NCBI GenBank assembly: GCA_030704615.1
Contig: CM060731.1
Location: 26,412,001-26,476,000 of the forward strand
DNA: 64,000 bases
Origin: Takakia lepidozioides
Lineage: Eukaryota; Plantae; Bryophyta
Reading direction: 5' to 3'
Shown piece by piece: positions 20,520 through 33,042 of this stretch. Under the pieces are notes generated by a model. That model did not search any database. It had not been told where the DNA came from and worked only from the letters and a program-made list of their open reading frames with translations. The translations under genes and the position numbers were made by a program. Position 1 is the first letter of the stretch, and every line of letters starts with the position of its first letter.

Positions 20520-21740
20520 CGGAATGATTGGTTCACCCTTTCAACCATTTTTTGTTCACGTCATACTTGTCCGGTACTTGTAGGAGGGCATGTGGCTGAC
20601 ACTTGCAAAGCTTCAAAACACTGTAAAATCATTTGATAGGGGAACAATTGGTTCACCATTTCAACCATATTTTACTGACCTCATACTTGTCCGGTACCTT
20701 TAAAATGGCATGTGAAAGACACTTGCAAAGCTTTAAAGCACTAAAAAATCATTTGATATGTTCATGATTGATTCACCCTTTCAACCATTTTAGATTGACT
20801 TGAAACTTGTGAAAGACCTGTAAGAGGGCATGTACAAGACACTTGCAAAGTTTCAAATCAATTTAAAATTATTTGGTAGGGGGACGATTGGTTCACCCTT
20901 TAAACCATTTTAGATTGATGACATACTTCTCAAAGACGTGTAAGAGGGCATGTAGAAGACACTTGCAAGCAAAGTTTCGGAGCAATAAAATATCATTTCA
21001 TCGGGGAAGTTTCCGTTCACCCTTTCATCCAATTTTGAATTGAACTGGATTTTTACTAAATAAACTGATTTAGAGGGCATAGGATTGTGGGGCGCAATGA
21101 TTTTGTTTTTGGCTTGATTTTGTTCTGTGAGTTGAACCCTCACACCACCACATCTTTGCCAAAAAATGTACGTAAGAAAAATGTTTGGAAAAAAACGTTC
21201 ATCCTTTGCTCTATCCTCACTATTGTGGAACTCTCTATGAAGAGTGCATGAAGTTGAAGATAACTTCACCTTTGAGTGCAAATGAGGGAATAAAATGTGT
21301 TTTGGATGTAGACGATGTCTGTTCATGGTGATATTTTGCATGCAACTCCTCATGTTGTTATCAAGCATATGGCTTCAGAATGGAATTAAAAACAATTCAT
21401 GTGCAGGTGAAAGGTTGTTTCTCCTTATAAATTTGAATAACCCATTCAAACAACTTTGTTGAAGTTCAACTTTGGTCCATATGTGCTTAAGTACGTACAA
21501 ATCACGTACACAAAGTTGCAAGCGAAGAAATAATCATTTGCCCCCCGAACGGCTCGTTAAACCTTTCAACCAATTTTCAATCATGAATCATTTAATAAGG
21601 GAACTATTGGTTCACCCTTAGAACCACTTTAGATTGACCTCATACTTGTCCGATAACTTAAAGAGGGCATGTACAAGACACTCCCAAAGTTTCAAATCAA
21701 TCTAAAATCATTTGGAAGGGGAATGATTGGTTCACCCATT
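20520..21740 (+). repeat. Second 120-bp satellite block with a duplicated spacer
   Basis: Same unit as 16250-16620; segment tcactattg..ctctctatgaagagtgcatgaag is shared with ~17310. Confidence 0.85.
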
Positions 21741-21907
21741 GACCCGGTGTACACTGTCACTCTTCAAAATTCATGGGTGTGGTGCTTGATTATCCCATAT
21801 AATGGACCCAGGTGCCATGACCAAGTAACAAACCATTAAAACATTATGGTACGAGACAAACACAATTGAAAATAATATTTATTCAAACATGATGTACAGT
21901 CAGAGGT

Positions 21908-23417
21908 CTACAAGTTTCTATCCATTCTCCAGCAATTTTTGGGCTCAGACCAATTGAATAGCCCCGTCATGAAACGCTTCACAACATTTTCTAGTTTGTA
22001 CCGCAACTCTATTGTGTCTACACACAAGTTTTTCAAAGTCAAAGCAAAACAGGTTCCAGTAGACATATCGTTGAACAGGCTTGCATCGAACGTGTTACCC
22101 CTATTTATTGCCTGGGTTATCTTCCCAATTGCTACGGTCTCTGATGGCACGGTTAGAGGGGGCCTACGAGGTGTGTCATTTGACTGGTTGTTGGCTACAT
22201 TATGAACAATTGCAATTTCAGGTGCAATTCACCATTTATGTGCGAGAGTCTTTATCATCTTGTCTCTGCTCTCGAAAATGTACAACGTGGTTTTTGGGTC
22301 ATCCGTCGTGGAGGCCATCCCCCAATCGCATACCCCGATGTACACATCTTCAGACCCTTGTGGAAAATGCAATCAAGATGTTGTCGGGGGACATGTTGTT
22401 GTGTAAGAGGTGGTGATTATGGACGTTGAGCATGATGTTCAAAAGCGCCCATGCCAATTGGGTGCGATTCTGTTAGAATCGAACCAGTCGGTTGACCTCC
22501 TGCATTTCCTGCTCCGTCCCTCGTCGTTCCATTAACTCCCTATTATCCCGATCATTCCCCTATTTCCTGTCAATACTCAACTATGATCATATGGTCCCCC
22601 CATTCCACCAATGTGTGTAACCTTCATTTCGACGTGGTTGCAACGCAAAATACTTTTTGATGCTGAAATGATGGAACTTTACAGCCAACGCCTCATTGTT
22701 ATGTTGGATTTTGGCAAGTTCAACATTTGTTTCCCTGGGCGTTTTCCCTGCTAGCTCCCAAAATGGAGGAATTAATTGATCCCCAACAATTCTAACCCTC
22801 CGAATTGTACTATGCCCACCCTGTTTGGGCGCGTCGAGTTGTTGTACCTATGCGTTTGTGGATATGTATCTCATGTTCAATGCCGCATCCGCGGACGAGG
22901 ACCCTGCCTTCCATGAGAGTGATTTCGTACGTTGTTTGGCGTGGGCCTTTGCCATGTCAGACCACCAATCCACAAGCACAAACAACTCCTCCTCCGAAGT
23001 TAGCATGCGACCTTCAGCTACAAGTGCTCTCGTAACAAATTTGTCCATGGTTTGCCTCAAATTCCATGTGGCATCATGGGCCCGGTCCTCCATCCATTTC
23101 GTGAACTGGAACTTTGCCATGTCCTCCTCTCATTCATCCCCGGCCAAAGCCTCCCTCATTCTCATCTCCATATTGTGCTGAAATCTAAGGAACCCCTCAT
23201 TCCCATGTCGGACATACAAAAGATTCAAACGCATTATGTCATTGTCCTTCAAATAATCCAGCACTACTTGCTTCACCACCTTCGCGGCCTCTGCGCTTGG
23301 ATAGTCTTTTTTGTTGACCTAACTATCTCGTTCATGTGCATGTTTACGCTTCCTACCTTTACGCCCACTTCCTGAGGAACCCCCTGACAATGCGTTCGAA
23401 GCAACGTTTCTGGACAT
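21908..23417 (-). pseudogene. Apparently intronless protein kinase, decayed
   Basis: Manual translation across stops and frameshifts: QGGHSTIRRVRI (I), ELAGK (II), NEALA (III), WWNGGT (V), LLHNNMSPDNIL (VIb, ~22374-22403), IGVCDWGMA (VII, ~22320), IAPE (VIII, ~22220), PSETVAIGKI (IX). ATG 23417; TATATAA at 23714-23708. Confidence 0.8.
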
Positions 23418-23779
23418 GATGAAAGTACTCTGCGGAATAGACGTGGCTTCGTAACGGAAAACTAAACCCAGACTATTGATAATCTTATATACTAGCAGAC
23501 CAATTTCCTCACCCTCTATTGGTATAGTACCCAAAGCAAACTCTCCCGCAATTCCAGGAAAAAAAGGCAAAAACTCCTTCCCCACACAAATCCACTTTCT
23601 CCCCCTCCCCATGTTCAGTCCTGACCACCGAAGTTCAAACTCCAAGAAGCCCCAGAACCGCACTCACAAAGAGGGAAAAAAATGGGTTGGGAATGAGGAA
23701 TAGACCCTTATATACTGCCTGGAGAGGCCTGGCGCGCGACCGCCTCTGCTGCCCATTCACGCCTCGCCACGTGTCCAGG

Positions 23780-24220
23780 GAGCGGTCGCACCTATGGGTG
23801 GTTGCAGCTAATAACAAAAAAAAAAAGTGTTGCGACCCCCCCGTTGCTGGTGGTCGCACCTTTTTAAAAACAAAACAAAAATGTGCGACCCCCCATAAGC
23901 GGTCGTATCTACTAACAAAGAAGAAAAAGTCTGCGACCACCACCGGTTGGTGGTCGCACCCTTTTAAAAAATAATTAAAAATGTGCGACCATCCCCTGCT
24001 GGTGGTCGCACCCAATTTTAAAAAAAGAAAAAAATGTGCGATCACCCTCTGCTTGTGGTCGCATCTATTGAATTGTTTTGAAAATGCTGTGACCACGACC
24101 TGCTGGTGATCGCACCCATTTAAAAAATAAGAAAAAATGTGCGACCACCCCCTTCTGGTTGTCGCATCTATTTTTATTTATTTTTAAATTGTCCGACCAA
24201 CCTTTGCTGACAGTCGCATG
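23780..24220. repeat. GCGACC/GGTCGC palindrome array (~8 units)
   Basis: tgcgaccaccaccggttggtggtcgca-type units separated by A tracts. Confidence 0.88.
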
Positions 24221-24374
24221 ATTCACAATATAAATCATAATATATGAATTTTACAGATAAATAATGCAGTCCACGTAATGAGGCCACATCGGTTGTCACG
24301 TCGGTTCTCATAGTAAATAGTCAATAATAAAGTAAAAATAAATAAACATATTTATGTATAGTAACGTCGGTTTA

Positions 24375-24460
24375 GGATGTGACGTGACGCACGTCCGTCG
24401 CTGACGTCGGACGGGACGCTGACGCGTCAACGCCACGTCACGTCCAAATTTGCAAGTAGG
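24375..24460. other. GACGT-rich imperfect hairpin at the probable element terminus
   Basis: gtgacgtgacg...ccacgtcac, then aaatttgcaagtagg abutting Gypsy sequence. Confidence 0.4.
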
Positions 24461-25868
24461 AACAATACTATACATTCTTCGACCAAACAAACTTCATTTT
24501 TCTCCAATTATGGTCATTATCCTCGAGCAAACCCTTTACTGTTGGAAGCCTTGCTGCAGAAAACCTTGCTACTCATCTTGCTACGATTCACAAGGAGCTT
24601 ACATTCCACCTCGCAGAAGCTCAAAAACAATACAAGAAGTATGCAGATCAACATCGTCAACTCCAACCCCAGTTCAAGATCAGAAATCGTGTGTGGCTTC
24701 TTTGACGGAACATACAAACCTCGCAACCATCAAGGAAGTTGGATTATCAACGCCCGGGACCATTCAAAATTATTCGACAAATAAATCCGGTCAGTTTTCG
24801 GCTTGAACTCCCACGAAGTATGCGCATCCATCCAGTCTTTCTTGTTTCATTATTGGAGTTGTATCATCCATCAAATATTCCAGGGAGAGTTTCCGTACCA
24901 CCTCCACCAATCGAAGTCAATCAGGAAATCGAGTATGAAGTCGACGAAGTCCTAGACTCTCGCATCAAGTATAAACGTCTTGAGTATTTCGTACATTGGA
25001 AAAGCTACGACATCAGCGAACGAACGTGAGAACTTTCATCCAACCTTGCCAATGCATGTGACAAAGTCCAAGAGTTTCATCAACGATATCCAACTAAGCC
25101 CCGAGCTACACGTCAATAAGACGTCGCAACGATGATGTCAGCCAAGTTAGCTTCAAGGTGAAGACTCCACATTTAGTGTATCCGATATACACTAAGGATG
25201 GAGGTTCTCCAACTCTAAGCAAGTCCAAGATTTTACCGCCCCTCGAGGAACTCGGCGCTAGAGAAGGGGGTGATGTCACGGACATAGCCCAGAAGAACTT
25301 ATCAGGAGTAAATACCAGAAGTTACCAAATTACCGAAAATTACCATGATTTACCGTGATTTATCATGATCTATCATGATTACCATTACTTACCAAGTTAC
25401 CGGGAGTTTACCAAATTACCAAGAGTAACTTGGGAACTGCTCAAGAAGCTTCTTTTGGAGGAAACTTCTCCATCAAGATACCTCATTTGTTTAAGGAAGC
25501 TTCTCCATCAAGAAACCTTTGTTTAATCTTGGAAACTTCTCCAGCAAGAAACCTCCATAGGGGAAACTTCTTAGGGAAGCTTCTTAGTAGCCAGTATATA
25601 TAGGAGGCGAGACTGAATACTCTTCAGTCTCGCCAACATCAGTTCAAGCTACTCTTGTTTCCAGTCCCCATTACTCCAGTCCAGTTTCCAGCATTCTAGT
25701 ATTCAAGTCGTGTTCCAATATCTTGTACTCTTGTTCATTGTTATAAAGATCGTCTTGATTCTTATTTACTCATCGTGCATACGGCCACGCCGACCTTGAC
25801 TTCTTGTCTAGTCTTGTACCTCTAGTCTGATCTCTTGTTTGTGTTCAGTCATGTTCTTGTCCTTGATA
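24461..25868 (+). mobile_element. Chromovirus-type Gypsy 3' fragment (integrase end, chromodomain, PPT, LTR)
   Basis: NNTIHSSTKQT, GPFKII..IHPVF.VSLLE, EYEVDEVLDSR..YFVHWKSY; PPT agagaaggggg then TGTCACGG at 25274; LTR end (~25868) approximate. Confidence 0.85.
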
Positions 25869-26482
25869 TGTACATAGAGAAGTCCTTTGAAATAAAGTAA
25901 GTCATCTTTGAATTTGAAGTTGTTTATAACATGTGGGTTGTCTCGAGGTCGATTTCGTTGACTTCGTAGTGTTGTAGCAAATTTGTCGCTCTTCAGTGCT
26001 TCCTGAATCTCCTTTATGATCTCTACATCGTCATAGGTGGACATGGATAACATATTCAATTGGAGATTTGCTGATTTCAAGATGATGGATTTCTGTTAGT
26101 CAAAAGCTGCATCTCTTTCTTTTGGCGCAAGATATGATCGTCGAGAAAGAGCATCTGGTTTTTCTTGAAGATGTCCGGGACGGTAGGTAATAACAAAATC
26201 AAACATTGCTAGTGACATACTCCATCTCGCTTGACGTCGATTCAAAACACGAGCACTCAGAAAATACTCGAGGTTTTTGTGATTGGTATAGACAGTGACA
26301 TGATGTTTAGCTCCCTCCAATAGATGACGCCACTCCTCAAAAGAATCAATAATCGCTAGAAGTTCTTTGTCATGGATTTCATAATTGATCTCCGCTGCGG
26401 AAAATTTGCAAGAACAAAAACCAACAGGGTGAAGTCGGCCATCTCTACCATATTGAGAGAGTACTGCGCCAAGTGCAAAGTC
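25869..26482 (-). mobile_element. Gypsy RNase H fragment (opposite orientation, older layer)
   Basis: [43 protein letters not shown]. Confidence 0.88.
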
Positions 26483-26756
26483 CGGGGGATTGCTAAACCG
26501 TGAGCAGAAAATTCCGTGAGCAGAATTCTGCTCACGGATCTGCATGTGCTCACCTATAACCGCGGACACCTATTCGGCCTAGATGACCTATTACTGCGGG
26601 TTGTGTCACGTATATCATGCATACGTTATTCATCGTTATGGATGAACGATGGATGAACGATGGATGAATGGGGGATGAAAGGATGTTCGACGAATGGTAC
26701 ATGGATGAATGTAGTTTCTAGATGGATGCAAAACTAAGATGCATTTTTCAGTAGTG
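26483..26756. mobile_element. Probable CACTA transposon end with GATGAA subterminal repeats
   Basis: Ends tttttcagTAGTG at 26756 (CACTACTGAAAAA on minus); ggatgaacgat repeats; partner end not found. Confidence 0.5.
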
Positions 26757-27361
26757 GTTGCTAGATCCCCCTACCTCTAGAGTGAACTTTTGCCCACTGG
26801 TGAGGGTTGTGATTGTCCTTTCATCAACAATCAGAAGTCGACATAGTTGCTGACACACATTTGCAAAGAAGGTGGAGAGGCCATTTGGTGCTTCAAAGGA
26901 AATTGTTTAATAACTAAAGATTCAGTCCGACGAAGAATATTCTGTGCTACTGGAGTCGGCGTCCAAAACGAAGGCAGAACTGTCTATGAAGACACTAGCC
27001 CTGCTTTGCACAAAACCCTCTCTGTTTAAAAGCAAACCAGGGGGAGAAGAGAGGAGACTAAATTCCGAAGCTGCAGCCTCCGCATAACATGACAATTTAA
27101 AATCTGCTTTCGGACTTGGGAAAAATTGCGGGTTTGCAAAGAAAGGGAGGAACCGTGGCGACCTTGGGCTCCTGTACACACAAACAAACAATGTAAGTCC
27201 ATATACATTCAGCTGGCCCAACTTGTGTAGGAAAGATGGAAATGGCTCTTAGCAGTATCCGATCTGTATCAACACAGCCGGTGGGAGTGGCATCCACTCT
27301 TCCCATGAGTGGCATGCCACAAACCCACTTGCAGTCTACTAACCATGCTGCTTAGCCAAGT

Positions 27362-28397
27362 ATGGCAATACCTGCTCTTCCCATGGGCACGGTGGCGCCA
27401 CGTCTGTCAGCCTCAACTGCTATCAGATCAGTCAGTAATAATAATGTGAGTGGTAATTCTGCATCTAATGTTGGATATGTGCATGGTAATGATGCTCCCA
27501 TAATTCCCTGTTGCCCTGCTCATGGATCTGTCCTCCCTGGTCATATCAACCATAGCCTACCTTGTCATCTAATCCCCCAGCTGACCACTCAACCTTACCC
27601 AGAATATACAATGGGAGAAGACTTTGATAGATATCTTGCTAGTGTCAATGGGATGCCTGAGAATTTCAAGATGACGATCTTTAGGATGAGTATGAAGGGA
27701 CCGGCTCGTGACTTACTGCATGCAACCGTGATGGATGATCCCAGTCTCAACTGGACAACTCTGGTGGAATGGGCAAAGACCTTGTTCAAACCTCCTAAGA
27801 GGCCTCTGGATTGCTTTACCAAGCTTTCGGCCAGGACTTACCAACCTGGGGAATCCTTGTGGAAATATTACATGGACCTTAAGTTTGTTGCTGTTGAAAA
27901 TATCATAGACCCGGTAGAGAGAGATCGTATGGTTAAAAGGTATTTTCTCCTTGGGTTGCCTTCCACTATTCAGAATTGGGCTCATCGGCGTCATTTTGTT
28001 GATGACAAGACTATGTTAGCAGAAATTAATCTTAAAATGGCAGACTTGGCTGACAGCAAATCAATGCACCATCGTGCCAAGTTTCAAGCTCCAGTGGGCT
28101 CAGAGCTTGGCATGTCTGCAACATCCTCACCCTATGTTCCTCCTAAGACATGTAAGGCTGATGATTTTATTCTTCAGGGGTTGGCTAATACTGTGGGAAG
28201 TCTTAGTGAGTCTGTGGCCACTCAGTTTGTTGCCATGCAGACTCATCAATAGAGATGACAGCCTCAACACAACCAAGGAACAACAGGGGGTAACAATAGA
28301 GGTCGAACCCAGACTGGGCAAGCCTATGAGGGCAATCGTGCTGCCTGTTACATTTGTGGGTCTTTTGAACACTGGACGAAGCATTGTCCAGACATAG
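27362..28397 (+). pseudogene. gag: Gag with Zn knuckle
   Basis: MKGPARD, YQPGESLWKYY, FLLGLP; CYICGSFEHWTKHC after the stop at 28250. Confidence 0.8.
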
Positions 28398-28608
28398 CAA
28401 GGCTACCAGAGCTGAACAAGAACAAGAAAACAGCCAATGGCTCTTCCCCTCCTTTAAACTAGCACGATCTCTTGGGAAGGGGGCAAGAGGTCCATCATCT
28501 ACCAACCTTGTTTCTTCTGTTCCGATTCAAGCTGTTCTATCTACTAACTTCAAGGCTTTGCATTGTCCTCTCAGTAGGTAGACTGCTGGCCAGCAGATCA
28601 GTCCCCTC

Positions 28609-29494
28609 ATGGCGCAGTGTCATATCCATGAGCTCAGCTTTCCCTGTGTGGTTGATACTGGATGCACTATATTTGCCATACCTTTGAGTGTTGTGAGAGT
28701 TCCTGGTCTCAAACTAGGCCCTGCCACAGGTATTGAGGTGCTTATTGCAGATGGATCCAGGTATAAGCCCTTAGGACTAGTCACTGTTCCCATCAGAATT
28801 CATAAAAAGGAGGTTGTGGTTACTTGTATAGTCACCATTGGAGATCAATTCCTTCTAGGCCTTGACTGGATGACTGGAGCTGGTGCCACCATCAGCCTAG
28901 CTGACTACTCCCTTCACTTTAACAATGGAGAAGGGCATGAAGTAGTGGTTCCCTTGAAAGCAGTGAAGATCAAGGCTGGGTCTGCTACAACCAATTTGTC
29001 CAGAGTCCAAGCCCTGGTAAAGGAGGTACAACAGAACTCTCACTCCAACCTCAATTTGAATGATTTCTACAAGTTTCAGCCTGATCTTCAACTCTTATAT
29101 CAGTGGCATGTTCCTGGTGCTAGGGATAGGACAGGGGTGCCCATAGCTATTCCAAAGAATTCTACTCTAATTCGTGCACCTCTCAATATCACCATCCCTG
29201 CCTTGACCCAAAGGGTGGTCAAGTCTGGTCTGGCTTTCTTCCGCTACTCATTTCCTAGAAGTTGAGGGTTGGAGGAGATTGACTGCTCTTAAGCACTGCC
29301 TAGTGGCCACTGGTGTTCTTGATAACGGATATAGACAGGAGGTTAAGATCCTGATTGCTAATCCTGAACGCTTCCCTGTGACTATTAAAAATGGGCAAGT
29401 TCTGGCTCGCATCATTGCTCTTCCCATTGCTGACATACAAGAGGTGCAGGCTGGTTTTGGTCTTGAGGCCATTGGCATCCAACTTGGCCCTTAG
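28609..29494 (+). pseudogene. Aspartic protease followed by dUTPase-like domain
   Basis: VVDTGC..IADGS..FLLGLDW; then LIRAPLNITIPA..VKSGLAF / GVLDNGYRQEVKILIAN..IKNGQVLARII, frameshift at ~29240. Confidence 0.75.
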
Positions 29495-29628
29495 ATACGG
29501 TTGATGCCTTCGCTGCAATTGCACCACCACATGTTCCTTATCTCAGCCTGGAAGGTAAGAAGGCCCTCACCAAAGTTTTATCTGAAATCAAGTTAGGCAC
29601 AACTCTCTCCTTTGGACAAAGGAGGAAG

Positions 29629-30960
29629 GTGGAAGTACTTATTGCAAAGAATCTAGATATTTTCAGTTTGGGATCCATTGACCTAGGGAGCACTCCTATT
29701 CTTCAACATGACATTGTCACTGAAGGGGCTCCTATTAAACAATTTGCTTACCGAGAAAGTGTCAAGGAACGTGCCATAATCCAAGAAGAAGTCCAGAAGA
29801 TGCTTGATGCTGGTGTGATTAAACCTTCAGTCTCTCCTTGGGCTAGTCCAATTGTCCTAGTTGGAAAGAAAGATGACACAACCCGCTTCTGTGTTGACTT
29901 CAAAAAGCTGAATGACATCACAAAAAAAGATGCCTACCCTCTACCCAGGATTAATGAGACCTTGGATCCACTACATGGTGCTACAATTTTCTCCTCTCTT
30001 GATCTTGCATCTAGCTTTTGGCAAGTTCCTCTTACTGAAGCAGCCAAGGAAAAGACCTCTTTTGTGTGTTGTATGGGTAAGTACCAATATGAGACCATGC
30101 CTTTTGGTTTGTGCAATGCCACCTCTACTTTCCAACGCCTCATGGACATTGTCTTGGGCAATCTTCGCTGGGAGTGTGCTTTAATTTATGTTGATGATAT
30201 CAATGTTTACTCAGCCAGCTTTGATGCTCACTTAGCTGATCTGCAGCGTGTCTTCAGCAAATTGCGCAGTGCAGGCCTTAAAGTGAAGCCCAAGAAATGT
30301 GAACTATTCATGCCTGAGCTCCACTTCCTTGGCCATATTCTGTCCAAAGATGGTTTGCTTCTTGATCCTGCCAAGCTTGAGTCTGTTTGGGGCTTTCCTA
30401 TCCCCAGGGATAAACATTGTATCAAATCCTTCCTTGGTCTGGCCTCTTATTACCGGCGCTTCATAAAGAACTTTGCTAAGCTTGCTCACCCTCTGACCAA
30501 GGTGTTGTGCAAAGATGCCAGGTTTGAATGGACCTTCTCCCAGCAGACTGCTTTTGACACCCTTCGCAAGGCCTTGTGTTTAGCTCCCATCCTGATGTTT
30601 CCCAACTTTGAATTACCTTTCTTGCTTCAGACTGATGCATCTGATGTTGCCATCTCTGCAATCTTATGTCAAGTTGTAGAAGGCAAGGAGCATGTCATAG
30701 CTTATGCATCCCGTCGTCTAGATTGTCATGAAAGGAATTATTCCATATCTGATAAGGAGGGTCTAGCTCTGGTCTTTGGTGTGAAGCATTTTCGGCAATA
30801 TTTGCATGGTAGCCGGTTTGTGGTAGAGACTGATCATCTTCCACTAAAAGCTCTTGTTAAGCCTAGAGAACTTCATGGCAGACTTGCTAGATGGGCTATG
30901 TACCTACAGAAGTTTGACTTGGAGATAGTATACAAGAAGGAAAGGAAAACACGAATGCTG
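29629..30960 (+). pseudogene. pol: Reverse transcriptase + RNase H
   Basis: SPWASPIVLV, FCVDFKKLN, MPFGLCNA, YVDD, QTDAS, ETDH, GRLARW; frameshift at ~30940. Confidence 0.93.
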
Positions 30961-31449
30961 ATGCACTCACACGGATTGATCCTCCTGTCAGCAGGCCTAT
31001 GCTCACCTTGGATGACCTGGTTGCTGCTGATGCTGCCCCTCCTCCTGATGCTGCCCCTCTTCTCAACCTTCTTTGTGCAGATCAGTAGCCCTTGGCCTTG
31101 GATTCTCATGGCATATTATCTGCCTGGGGCTGGTCCAGCCTATTGGATGATCCTGGCTGATTTATTCATGTGTTAGCATGTGTGGTGGATCTATCGCTTC
31201 GCGAGAATTCGGACAAGTTTGGTGGAAGTTCCCTATTGTGTTTTAGTCCTTCTCTTTCATAGGCTCCCGAGTTTGTTGTATTTCGGCTGTTGCACTCCGG
31301 TGTGACTATTGGCTTGAGCCTCAAGGCCTGACTTGACTGTCCATGAGTAGTAACAAATGAGGTGAAGGTATCCCTGGCTGGAGATCATAGGGGCAGGCAC
31401 TCCAGACCACCTTCTCTAAAAACCCATTGTCTACCTCTTATGTGCAGTG

Positions 31450-32750
31450 CAGTCATGGATGATCAGCTATATGCTGCGCTACTCCAGCGATGCCAATCAG
31501 GGCGTTCGCCAGCTGGCCTTTTCGAGTCCTTGCGTAAACAAATTCTCTATCATGTGTATACTCACTGTTTTATGGGTGATAAGCTTTTCAAGGAGTTCAC
31601 TAGAGGAGGAGTGCCATGCTACTTGGAGGTGCCACCATGGAGCCAGCTGAATGCTTTATTGGAGCGTTTCCATTGTTCCTTGTATGCAGGTCACCTTGGT
31701 ATCAAGAAAACTGTGGCCCGCATCCAAGATGTGTACTATTGGCTGGGAATTCACCGAGACGTCACTGAGTTCATCTCTAAATGTGAAGGTTGTCGTGCTA
31801 ACATTGCTCTCCCTAGGGCCCGGATCTTGTATGAGCTGCAGCCTTTGCCTGTCACCCATGCTTTTGCTCGTGTTGGCATTGACTTGGTAGGACCCCTCGC
31901 ACTCACATCAAAGGGTCGAGCTACCTTTGTGTTGCTACCGACTACTTGACTAAGTGGGTAGAAGTCTGGCCTTTGCGTTCCAAGCTGGCTAGTGATGCTG
32001 TAGCTCAGTTCTTCTTCAATGAGATCCTTATGCGACATGGGTGTCCTCGGGAGATACTAACGGATCAGGGCAAGGAGTTTTGTAACCAGCTCCTCACGGT
32101 GGTGTGCTTCAACTTTGGTTGTCAAGCATTCCACCATAGCCCCATACCATCCCCAGACCAATGGCCTTACGGAACGCTTCAACCAAACTCTTTGCCGCAT
32201 GTTGGAGAAGAATGGCGCACTTACCAGGGAGTGAGATACCTTTCTTCCCCTATTCTCTTTGCTTTTCGCACTGTTGTGCATGCTAGCACTAAGAAGACTC
32301 CTTTTGAGTTGTTGTATGGTCGCAAATGTGTTTCTCCTTTGCATTCTACCCCTCTTATTTCTACTGTAGCTGAGCCAGTTGATCTTGAGACCTTTGTTGA
32401 GGATCTTCATGCTCGGCATGTAGTGTCCATCCATGATGCCAAGTCGAACATTGGTAAGGCTCAGCTCACCCAAGCCCGTTAACAAGCGTGTCAAGTATTC
32501 TAACCTTTTTCAGGTGGGACAGACCGTGCGCATTCGGCTGCAGCATGGTAAGCATGCATGCAAATCTAAGCTTAAGATCGACGTTCCATACTTGATCTAT
32601 GAGCTTTTACGTGGGCGAGGTGCTCTCCTTCTTCCACAAGGGTTCAATGTCCACGCGCATGATGAACCCGTTTCTCTCACGGATCTGGTGCATTCCGAGC
32701 TGGTCTTTGATCTTACGTGCATCAATGTGGAGGGACGTACGGTGGGATGA
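31450..32750 (+). pseudogene. Integrase, frameshifted
   Basis: FHCSLYAGHLG..CEGC, GIDLVGPL, LTKWVE, TDQGKEF, TPFELLYGR. Confidence 0.88.
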
Positions 32751-33042
32751 TGTCTTGATCTTCTTCAGATTGGCTTCCTCGGCGGATTAGTGTTAGCTTG
32801 CGGATCTAGCCTTTTGTTCTAGCTCTTGATGCATTTGTAGACCTATGATATGTCACCACGTGTACTCCCTGCACGGTTTTCCTAGCCAAAGGTCTTTGGC
32901 CCAATTTGCAGGTGCCAGGTTTTCCTTTGGTAGGTTTTTCACCCAGCAGTGGAGGGTGATTTTATCCCCAACATTTACTTATTATTTCTTATATTGTACT
33001 TCGCGGAGCTCAGGATTTTTCGTGGGGGGTAGGCTTCACAGA

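Larger units (their letters stand above)
1..24460. mobile_element. Putative large multigene DNA transposon (hAT transposase + orphan ORF + RING-H2 + protein kinase), decayed; left end outside window
   Basis: The same GCGACC/GGTCGC palindrome clusters (1-245, 18600-18725, 23780-24220) and 120-bp satellites link four apparently intronless decayed ORFs. There is an abrupt junction into a Gypsy integrase at ~24460. No TIR pair or TSD is visible. Confidence 0.55.

Noticed and set aside
23780-24220. CRISPR array
   Set aside because: Repeats are degenerate, spacers are A/T homopolymer tracts, there are no cas genes, and the context is eukaryotic.
24375-24460. Helitron 3' end
   Set aside because: A hairpin is present but there is no CTRR terminus and no Rep/helicase in the window; left unclassified.
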